Part shown: piece after piece, positions 1-8,152 of the stretch
Layout: the number at the start of each line of letters is the position of its first letter
Numbering within the stretch: position 1 is the first letter of the stretch
IMG/VR virus record: IMGVR_UViG_3300001528_000534
Coordinates: 32,001 to 96,000 of that record
From: a virus
Lineage: Duplodnaviria > Caudoviricetes
Length of the DNA: 64,000 bases
Strand: one strand, 5' to 3'
The notes under the pieces: model-generated
What the model was told of the DNA's origin: nothing
What the model saw: the letters and a program-made list of their open reading frames with translations, nothing else
Databases searched by the model: none
Position numbers and translations under genes: made by a program

Positions 1-600
1 AAGAGTTGCACCTCTATCCAGTGCGGAGCGGAGTATTTGCCATTCTATTTTACTATCACTTAATGCGGTGTGGTCCTCTATGAAATCAACGTTCTTTGTT
101 AAAAAACGATACATAATTTCTGCGGTAGTAGAATAGTTTCCGCTATCCGTGTAAAATTCGTTTTCATCACAAAAAGCCTTGTAATCATTATCAACAAGAT
201 AATGAATTGCATATCCTCTAATATCAAAAATAGGGATATTATCAAAGGGATTTGTGCATTTGTACCAGTCTGTATTAACATTAAATATTTTATCATCAAA
301 AGGGCTATTGTAAGCATAAGCACTTGAAACGTTAAAAGCTTTAATGTCACGAATCATTGTCTGGCAGATATAGCCAAACTTGTCAAGCGTTGTTTTACGT
401 GAGCGCATAGCCTTTACATAGATAGGGCGCTTTTCTGCATAATATGCAGTGCTGAACAGTGGCAGGTTGTGCCATACCTGTTCCACAACAAAGTCCCTTG
501 CAACAAGCTGTTCACCAGTATCAGCGTTAACAATAACGTAACCTATATTGTAGCAAAAGTCACGTGCTGTCGTTTCAGTATCAAAAATCATAATGTTCAT
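1..600 (-). CDS. DEDDh-family 3'-5' exonuclease (runs off the window start)
   Basis: Hand translation from ATG 600: MNIMIFDTETT...AYNSPFD...EDHTALSD, the three DEDDh motifs. RBS and sigma-A promoter upstream. Absent from the ORF track. Confidence 0.8.
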   Translation of the reverse strand, partial: MNIMIFDTETTARDFCYNIGYVIVNADTGEQLVARDFVVEQVWHNLPLFSTAYYAEKRPIYVKAMRSRKTTLDKFGYICQTMIRDIKAFNVSSAYAYNSPFDDKIFNVNTDWYKCTNPFDNIPIFDIRGYAIHYLVDNDYKAFCDENEFYTDSGNYSTTAEIMYRFLTKNVDFIEDHTALSDSKIEWQILRSALDRGATL

Positions 601-639
601 TGTAAATCAACCTCTTTTTCTTAATTATTCCATGTACTT

Positions 640-668
640 ATTATAGCACTTTTATTTGAATTTGTCAA
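640..668 (-). promoter_or_regulatory. sigma-A/70 consensus promoter TTGACA-N17-TATAAT
   Basis: Perfect consensus. Equivalent minus-strand promoters at 921-949, 2489-2517, 2873-2901, 4080-4108, 5333-5361, 6651-6679, 10352-10380 and 56795-56823. Confidence 0.85.
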
Positions 669-1046
669 TAGCTTTTTTTTATTTTCAGCATTTTGCACAA
701 ATCTTTTTGGGAGCGGTTAAGGGGGTCAATCTCCCTCATTCCGTAATACTATTGTACCACTTATAAACAGAAAAAGCAAGATAAAAAATAACCGAATTTT
801 CAAAAGAAAATATAGAAAATTTCAGGAAAATGCACAAAAATATTTTGTTCATAAATTGTTTATAAAAAAATATTGATTTGTTCACATTTTAGACATATTT
901 GGCTCGCAAGCGAGCCGCCAATTATACCATATCCCAAGCGATTTGTCAAGAGATAAAATGTAAATAAATTATGAATTTTTATTTTAGATATAAAAAATCA
1001 CCTTGCATTTTTGTGCAAGGTGATGAATGTAAATATTTTATGATTA

Positions 1047-1472
1047 TTATGTTAAATCAATAATTTCCTCTGACTCGTCAATAATTTTATCAACAAGCAA
1101 AAGCCCCTCATTGAACAGATATTCAATTACTGTTTTCTGCTTTTTAGTCACCTTTAATGTGATAGCGTCCTCAACATCTTTATCATAAAGGGTGATTGTT
1201 TCCACGTTTTCCTTTTTAAGTACCTTAGAGGCGTCAAGCGGTGTTATAGGCTCGCACGCCCAATCTTTGCAGTTAGTATGCATTTCAAAATTACCTGTTA
1301 TAAGACCTGAAGGGTATTCAGAGAGCAACTTAAAATCGTTATAGAGCAATGCCCCATATTTGCCGTTTGGGCGGATAATTTTGATATACACATGGTTTCT
1401 GCTTTCGCAAAAAGTTCTTAAAATGAATGTTTCTCCTACGGCGATTTCTGAAAAATTCTTTATGTTTGACAT
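1047..1472 (-). CDS. hypothetical early protein, paralog of 3027-3506
   Basis: Shared segments FSEIAVGETF/FSDVRVGDTF, IRPNGKYGALL/LRPNAKPGAIL and CKDWAC/CSDWAC. RBS present. Confidence 0.75.
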   Translation of the reverse strand: MSNIKNFSEIAVGETFILRTFCESRNHVYIKIIRPNGKYGALLYNDFKLLSEYPSGLITGNFEMHTNCKDWACEPITPLDASKVLKKENVETITLYDKDVEDAITLKVTKKQKTVIEYLFNEGLLLVDKIIDESEEIIDLT

Positions 1473-1491
1473 AATAAATTACCTCTCTTTT

Positions 1492-1899
1492 TTAAAATTC
1501 TTTAGCTTTATCTAAATCAACTACCTGATAATGAATATCTTGTGTTTCCCCTAAAAAAGACAGTAAACACATGGCTTCTTTAGAAACTTTATAAGTGCAT
1601 TCCTCATTAGGAAAACAAACAAAATAAGGCTTTTCAATAGGAACAAGGCACCCATTTTTAAGAGCTATTGTTTTTTCCCCTTTGACTATACACTCTTTAT
1701 CTTTCATACTCTCCGCAATAATGAAATAGGGCGTATTTCTCATGAAGTCATAAGCGGAGCTATTCTTTATAGCTTTATACTGTACGGCAAATATTTCTTT
1801 ACGTATTCCTATTGATACTGGAATCTCTCAACAAATTTTTAAGAAATGAAAGCCCTCTCATTCAAATACAGCACCTGCGGGAACATCAGCAAAACGCAT
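1492..1899 (-). pseudogene. hypothetical protein with two in-frame TGA codons (the track shows only 1492-1743)
   Basis: RBS GAAAGGGAG precedes ATG 1899. MRFADVPAGAVFE*EGFHFLKIC*EIPV... continues in frame into the track ORF. Confidence 0.55.
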
Positions 1900-2011
1900 A
1901 ATAATCAAACTCCCTTTCAATAATTATAGTATTAAGGGGGCTGTGAGTGTAAAGGGTTCCCCTTTACACTTCATTGCATAAGCTATTGCTTATACTCACC
2001 CACACGTTGAA

Positions 2012-2419
2012 TCAGCGGACGGAGAAATAAGATTTTTTCTTTTCGACTGTCTTAATTACCTGCGCAGATTCAACAAGCTTACGAATGATAGCAGAAATTT
2101 TCTGATTGGAATATTCTGCGAGTTCCGCATTGGACTTCTGCATTTCAGTGATAGTCATAGGATTTTCGCTGTTCATGAGCGTTTCGAGAATAACATCTGC
2201 AAGCTTGTCGTTCTCAACCTGTCTTGCGGTGTCTGCCTTTGAGGGACGGTGCGCCTTATTCTTGATTGAAGTGAGCATAGTGTTAAGCTTGTCGATAACC
2301 TCGTGGGATTCAATAAAGATATCCTCGTTGAGTTCCACCACCTTGCTATCAGGGCAGTTAGAGATAATCTCAATTGCGAGTTCGAGTGCCTGTGCCTGTG
2401 TGAGTGTAGTCTTTGCCAT
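2012..2419 (-). CDS. putative winged-helix DNA-binding protein
   Basis: C-terminal PMTITEM...SNQKISAIIRKLVESAQVIKTVEKKKSYF fits a wHTH pattern. RBS and promoter present. Confidence 0.6.
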   Translation of the reverse strand: MAKTTLTQAQALELAIEIISNCPDSKVVELNEDIFIESHEVIDKLNTMLTSIKNKAHRPSKADTARQVENDKLADVILETLMNSENPMTITEMQKSNAELAEYSNQKISAIIRKLVESAQVIKTVEKKKSYFSVR

Positions 2420-3026
2420 AAAATACCATTTCCTTTCATGTTGTGAGGATTTTTTTGTAAATCCTCTTTGTCTTTTCTTTATGTATTTATTATACCATTT
2501 TTTTATACTCTTGTCAATAGATTTTCTTTTAACTTTTTATTAAGAGTTTATGAACTCGTTCATGAGAAAATATTGACAAGAGAAAATGGGAGCAGTTTTT
2601 GCGGTCACTTTCGCATTGCTCGGGACTGCGGTAAGATATGTTGTCTGTTATTGTTCTGTCCCTCTCTTTATCTTACATACTAATTATAACGTATTTTTTT
2701 AAAAATGTAAATATGCAAAATAAACAAATTTAATATTAAAATTTGAACTTCTTTTGTGCATAATTACGGGAAATTGCAGAGTAACTTTTCAGAAAATCAT
2801 TTGCAAAAAATTAATATTTAAGCATAGATTTGTTCATATTTGCGGCGCTCGCACGAAGGAGAACGCGCCGCCATTATACCACATTTATCTCCTTTTGTCA
2901 AGGGGTAAAATGTAAATAAATTGTGAATTTTTAGTTACAAAAAATGAAAAATAAAAAATGCAAGTTTAGGGGAGCAAACTTGCATTTTGAATAAATTGTT
3001 AATTTTTTATTAAGCACTTAAATTTT

Positions 3027-3506
3027 TTAAAATGTCTGCGTAGGTGGGGCAACTGTAATACAATCTCTGTCAAGCACGCCCATATTCATAAGATACTGTA
3101 AGCATTTTGCAGTTTCAGAACTTATGTTGATTATAGCATGGCTATAATTACGGTCTTCTATATTAATGATAGCAGAAATCTTATCGCCATGATGTTCTGC
3201 CGTGACGGGTTTTTCATTTTTAGGCGTTTCAAGATAAGGGTTATACAATGAGAGTGAAAGTTTCTGGTCCTCGTCTAAATCCGCATAAACTTTGATAATA
3301 CGGCAAGCCCAATCAGAGCAATCAGGAAAAGCAGGTATAGAGGTGCTAAAGATAGATGTTTTATAAGGTACAACAGAATCTGCGAGAATAGCACCGGGCT
3401 TAGCATTAGGACGGAGAACTTTAACAAAATGATAATTGTCGCCATACTTTTTTGTTACAAAAGTGTCACCAACACGAACATCTGAAAATTTTACAAACTT
3501 TTCCAT
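3027..3506 (-). CDS. hypothetical early protein, paralog of 1047-1472
   Basis: ORF with RBS and shared N-terminal domain. Confidence 0.75.
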   Translation of the reverse strand: MEKFVKFSDVRVGDTFVTKKYGDNYHFVKVLRPNAKPGAILADSVVPYKTSIFSTSIPAFPDCSDWACRIIKVYADLDEDQKLSLSLYNPYLETPKNEKPVTAEHHGDKISAIINIEDRNYSHAIINISSETAKCLQYLMNMGVLDRDCITVAPPTQTF

Positions 3507-3578
3507 AATTAAATACCTCTCTTTAATAATATTATTATTGTTGTTTTATTCTAAGCAAGGGCGTTTCCGCCCTCGCTA

Positions 3579-4043
3579 TTAAAAGCTTTTTGTTTCAGTA
3601 ATGAAATACTTTGCGTTATTCTTTTTAACTATGTTATTAACTATTCTTGTTTCCTCTTGTGTATTTGCAAAAGCTGTTATTGTAACGTATTCTCCAAAAG
3701 TAGAAAAGTTATAAGAAATGTTGTTAATGTCTAATTCCTTAACCGCAGAATCAAGATATCCTTTTTTAAGAGAAAACTCTATTTTCCAAAGCTTATCTTT
3801 TTTGGACTTTTCCTCAAAGAACTTTACAATGTAAACGCCTATAAGATTAGCTGAACCAACAACTATCACTTTTTCCCATAAAGGAATATCGCAGTTCATA
3901 TAGACAAGAACCACCGTATAAAGACCATATGCAATAGCATTAACAAGTGCGGCAATACCTTTTCCGCATTTTATGGTTACTATTGATTTAGCGGTCTGAA
4001 TGATAACGTTGAGAACATTAAGAATAACAAATGTGATAAGCAT
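3579..4043 (-). CDS. membrane protein, DUF5698/DUF2179-like
   Basis: Three hydrophobic N-terminal segments plus a short soluble C-terminal domain. Confidence 0.55.
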   Translation of the reverse strand: MLITFVILNVLNVIIQTAKSIVTIKCGKGIAALVNAIAYGLYTVVLVYMNCDIPLWEKVIVVGSANLIGVYIVKFFEEKSKKDKLWKIEFSLKKGYLDSAVKELDINNISYNFSTFGEYVTITAFANTQEETRIVNNIVKKNNAKYFITETKSF

Positions 4044-4130
4044 GATTAATTACCTCTTTTTCTTTTTTATTATGTATATATTATATCATACATTTTTGCT
4101 ATTGTCAATGAATTTTTTATGAACAAGTCA

Positions 4131-4287
4131 TTAAAATTCAGCAACTACTCTCATATGGGAGTATAAACGTGCGTGCGGTGCTATATGGTAGGTTTTGATA
4201 TCCTCAAAAAAAAGATATCGCTTTGTTGATATCATAAAAGACTGTTTCACGTGGAACAGCGTTATTGAAAATCTTTACTATGAACAT
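4131..4287 (-). pseudogene. 51-aa paralog of 6415-6570, frameshifted in an A8 tract
   Basis: MFIVKIFNNAVPRETVFYDINKAISFF/EDIKTYHIAPHARLYSHMRVVAEF. One extra base in the homopolymer at 4206-4213. Confidence 0.7.
4243..4258. promoter_or_regulatory. parS centromere-like site
   Basis: TGTTTCACGTGGAACA is the reverse complement of the B. subtilis parS TGTTCCACGTGAAACA. A second parS-like site, TGTTCCACATGGAACA, lies at 5446-5461. Confidence 0.7.
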
Positions 4288-4868
4288 TGTTATCACCTCT
4301 CTTGCTTTATCCTATGTACTAATTATACTACTTTAAGCTGCGGAAATCATGTATTTTAGATTAATTTTTTGTAAACAAATTATGAACAAAGTTAGCATAT
4401 GCTAATTTAAAAAAGTTAGCTCATGCTAATTCAGGAAATGTTTTGTTCATAATTTATTTACAATTTGTTCATAAAAAAATATTGATTTATTCATAATTGC
4501 GCGAGTTCGGCGCCGAGCGATGGAGATGGCGCCGCTTATCATTCACTTTAAAGTGTTAAAGTTTAATGTATTAAAATGTAAAATTTTTGTAAATAAAATA
4601 TTAACTATATATTCATATTTTATGAATAAAATATGAATAAAGTGTAAATTTTTTAAATTTATTTTTTCAAAAAAAATTACACTTTATTCATAAAAGTTGA
4701 GCATATAGTGAATTTTTCTGTGATATGTTTGCTATATAGTGAATTTTTTATGAATGAGTTGCTATATAGAGTATTTAATAGAATCGTTATTTTTTGTTCA
4801 CATTTTGTTCATAATCAATAATGGGATAGCAGGGAGAACATCTGTTCTCTCTGCCTTGCCCTACTGTA

Positions 4869-5294
4869 TTATTTAATGCGCTTGTCCTTGCGGATATTCT
4901 TTAAAAATCCGTTAATTTCGTCAACAGAAAAATCTGCATACTTTTCTAAATAGTAGCATAACATAAGATGTGCGTGTTCTGTTGCATAACCTACTTTGTT
5001 CATGCGGAGAATCTTGTAACCGTAATATTCAGGATATGAAATTTCAGTATACATCTTTTTGTTGTCCTCTATCTCATTAAAAACGATAGAACTATCAAAA
5101 GGAATATCATTGCCCTTTTCATCTCTAACAAAAATACCGCCGTTCATAAGCTCTGAAGGGGCTTCCTCGTCAACTTCATCAATGAGATAATTATAAAGTC
5201 CTGCTAAGGTATCGCTAATACCTAAAAAAGAACCGTTTTCATTTTCGGAGTAAAAATTGAATGCAATGTACATAATAAATAACCTCTTTTTCAT
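4869..5294 (-). CDS. hypothetical acidic early protein
   Basis: ORF with RBS (the second Met, MYIAF, is the probable start), its own promoter and a downstream hairpin. Confidence 0.7.
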   Translation of the reverse strand: MKKRLFIMYIAFNFYSENENGSFLGISDTLAGLYNYLIDEVDEEAPSELMNGGIFVRDEKGNDIPFDSSIVFNEIEDNKKMYTEISYPEYYGYKILRMNKVGYATEHAHLMLCYYLEKYADFSVDEINGFLKNIRKDKRIK

Positions 5295-5633
5295 TTTTAT
5301 TTGAGCTGTTGCTCTTTTCTTTTACTATAATAATAATACCACTTTACAACACATTTGTCAATACATTTTACAAAATTTTTTTCGATTTTCTGTTTTGCAC
5401 AAAAAGAGTTTTGTTTTTTGTGCATTTTCACTTAAACGTTTTCGTTGTTCCACATGGAACATTTTAGGATAAAAATAAAAAGAACATTTGTTCTATTATT
5501 TCAGAGAATTTTAACGCTTTACCACTTTAAAGCGTGTATTCGGAGTCAGAACAAACGTTCTCGAAAAATGTAATCGTTTACATTAGTGAACAAAAAAACA
5601 GCAATGATTTTAGTCATTGCTGTTTTTTTATTA

Positions 5634-5882
5634 TTAATAATACTGTCTATTGTTCCTGCGCTGGTCATAACTGTAAACAACTTTTTCTTTACAAGTAAAT
5701 TTTTCTATGTCAATAGTCCTCTCAACTACATTGAAACTACCCGTTAAACCGTGTGCATAATCAACAGTAGCTATTGTATGACCGTACTCAACAGCCTGCT
5801 CCCTGTTATCGAAACGCTTTTCGTTTTCTTCATAAGGTGTTATTTCGCAAGTTGTTTCAATGAACACAATGTACTTTTTCAT
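5634..5882 (-). CDS. hypothetical early protein
   Basis: ORF with RBS and promoter. Terminator-like hairpin about 5592-5629. Confidence 0.7.
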   Translation of the reverse strand: MKKYIVFIETTCEITPYEENEKRFDNREQAVEYGHTIATVDYAHGLTGSFNVVERTIDIEKFTCKEKVVYSYDQRRNNRQYY

Positions 5883-6414
5883 AATAAATAACCTCTTTTT
5901 TAATGTTGTTTGTTCTTTTCTTTTACTATACTAATAATACTACTTTATTATACAATTGTCAATACATTTTAGACCATTTTGTAGCAATGCACAAATATTT
6001 TTTATTTTATTGTGTACTTTTACTTAAACGTTTAAGTAATATCCTATTAAATCTATTATTTTACTATGGATTAAATAACTGTCCATGAGAGAAAGACACT
6101 TTAGCACTGCATCACTTTAATACATTAAAGTAAAGACTGTCCATGTCTCGCGGACAGTTAGCTGAATCTAACTCTTTGTTATTATTTTAACAATTGTAAT
6201 CGTTTACATACATGAACCAATGTAAACGATTACAATTTCAGGAGATTTTTCTATCAATAGAACAAATGTTCTTTGCTTTAATAATTTATCACTTTACTAC
6301 ATTAAAGTGCTATTCGGAAAATGTTGATGGCTCACGATAGCTATGTTAATAATGTAAACGATTACATTTCATTAGCAAATAAAAGCGGATATTAATAAAA
6401 ATATCCGCTCACTT

Positions 6415-6570
6415 TTAAAATTCTGCAATAACTCTGCGGTGAGAAAACAGTCTTGCGTGATGTACTAAGCTGAATGTTTTGATATCCTCAAAGTAGCTGA
6501 TAGCCTTATTTACATCATAGAATACAACTTCTCTTGTGATATTGTTTGTGAATGTTTTTACTGTGAACAT
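6415..6570 (-). CDS. 51-aa hypothetical early protein
   Basis: MFTVKTFTNNITREVVFYDVNKAISYFEDIKTFSLVHHARLFSHRRVIAEF. RBS AAAGAGGT, promoter 6651-6679, paralog at 4131-4287. Confidence 0.75.
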   Translation of the reverse strand: MFTVKTFTNNITREVVFYDVNKAISYFEDIKTFSLVHHARLFSHRRVIAEF

Positions 6571-7440
6571 GATAAATTACCTCTTTTTAAATAATATTTT
6601 TAAGTTTGGGAGCGGATTTTTTTGTTCCTCTCTCCCTCTCTCTATTATCTATTATACTACTAACAATAGCAAAAGTCAAGATATTTTTAAAAATTTTCAT
6701 GTAAAAATAATAGTTTTATTTTTGTGCAAAATGACAAAGCTCTTACTCTTTTAATAGGTATTAAAGCCTACTGTCTTACTAAGCATTAAAACATACTAAT
6801 TTGATAGTCTTTGTCTGCTTTAACACTTTAATGCATTAAAGTATAGTTGTCCTATTAAATTAGTATGTTTTAACGTATTAATGCTGTATCGCTTTAATGC
6901 ATTAAAGTTTACTTCTCAAAGAATACCTATCGGTTTAGTAGGTTTAGTTGCCCCCGAACAATGCGGATAAAGCCTATCGGTTTAGTAGGTATTAATACCT
7001 ATCAAAAGAATAGGAATTGTAGGAAAAAAGAACGTTTGTTCTATTTTTTTAAATGTGAATAAAATATTATTTGTTAACAATTTGTTCATAAAGTTCGGAA
7101 ACTTCGCGGTCGCTTTCGCACTTTATCTTATTAAAGTGACAAAAGAAAAAATAATAATGAATACTTTAGCACTTTAATGAATTAAAGTGCTTGAATTAAA
7201 GGATTAATGATGTTTTTGCTTGTTAACAATTTATTCATAAAAAATTTACAAAGAATACTCTTGACATAGAAAAGCGGCGCTGCTTGATAGAAAGCGCGCC
7301 GACGTAAAGCATAAAGCTACCGACTGTATGAGGAAAAATTTTTTGAGTTTTTATTTATAATAATTATAGTAGGGGGTACTATTATGGGATTTTTAAAATT
7401 TTATTTCGTTTTTTATTTTGGTCTCGACATAACTCTTTCC

Positions 7441-7507
7441 AAAAGTTATTTTAAAAATATAAAACGATAAAAGTTATTTTAAAAATATAAAACGATAAAA
7501 GTTATTT
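7441..7507. repeat. 28-bp tandem direct repeat (2.4 copies)
   Basis: AAAAGTTATTTTAAAAATATAAAACGAT twice, then AAAAGTTATTT. Confidence 0.9.
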
Positions 7508-8152
7508 ATTTTTCTGCCACTGTTTTTTACATTTTTTATTTTTCCAGCACTCGGTATTCGCAAGAGTCGCATGACTCCGCCAACACCCAATAAGGTCTTT
7601 CCTTTTACCTCTCATAGAACAATATGCTTTTTTAAGTATCTGAAAATCTACTCCTAATTCTTCCTCTATTATAACATCAGCCGTCTGTCTTACTTCTCTC
7701 AATTTTATACACTGATAACGAGACCCTGAACCTCTAGGATGACTCTTAAACCCTTGATTAGAATAGACAATAGAATATGCCTTAGCAATTTTGCTAGGTC
7801 CCGCATAAGTTTTTCCAACCCCGAAATGAATATCCCAATTATTCTTTTCCGCATTCATTTCATAATAAAGTTCTCTATAATTAAAAATCCTTTTTTTACT
7901 ATCTATAATAACATATCTGTCTATTTTTACATCTCCAATAGAAAGGTCTGGATAAATCACGTAGTCATGCACGAAAGATTCTAAGCACATGGAGAGATGC
8001 GGAGTTATGCCATACTTATCATGTCCTGTTAATAAAGCTATATCATTCTTTAAAAATTTTCTTATCTGATAAATAGAATCAAAAGTTTTAATCACAGTAT
8101 TACTATCTTTATCATAAAGATAATATTTAATGTTATCTTCCACTTTAAACAT
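7502..8152 (-). CDS. hypothetical protein
   Basis: 216-aa ORF overlapping the upstream gene in an operon. Confidence 0.7.
   Translation of the reverse strand: MFKVEDNIKYYLYDKDSNTVIKTFDSIYQIRKFLKNDIALLTGHDKYGITPHLSMCLESFVHDYVIYPDLSIGDVKIDRYVIIDSKKRIFNYRELYYEMNAEKNNWDIHFGVGKTYAGPSKIAKAYSIVYSNQGFKSHPRGSGSRYQCIKLREVRQTADVIIEEELGVDFQILKKAYCSMRGKRKDLIGCWRSHATLANTECWKNKKCKKQWQKNK

Larger units (their letters stand above)
5390..7200. promoter_or_regulatory. dense array of host transcription-factor operator-like palindromes
   Basis: GAAC-N4-GTTC at 5482, 5549, 6260, 7030. TGTAAACGATTACA (either orientation) at 5569, 6195, 6221, 6353. Rex-like box 6176-6193. CACTTTA-N6-TAAAGTG family and others (see findings). 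Confidence 0.7.

Noticed and set aside
99-350. Track ORF of 83 aa
   Set aside because: Alternative frame inside the real DEDDh exonuclease gene (1-600).
2106-2683. Plus-strand and alternative-frame track ORFs
   Set aside because: Shadows of the 2012-2419 gene and its promoter, with no RBS.
7165-7194. HrcA CIRCE element
   Set aside because: TTAGCACT matches, but the spacing is one base too long and the right arm is imperfect. It fits the CACTTTA-N6-TAAAGTG family better.
4240-7510. CRISPR array
   Set aside because: The repeats are short, of many types and irregularly spaced, with no constant repeat-spacer period and no cas genes.
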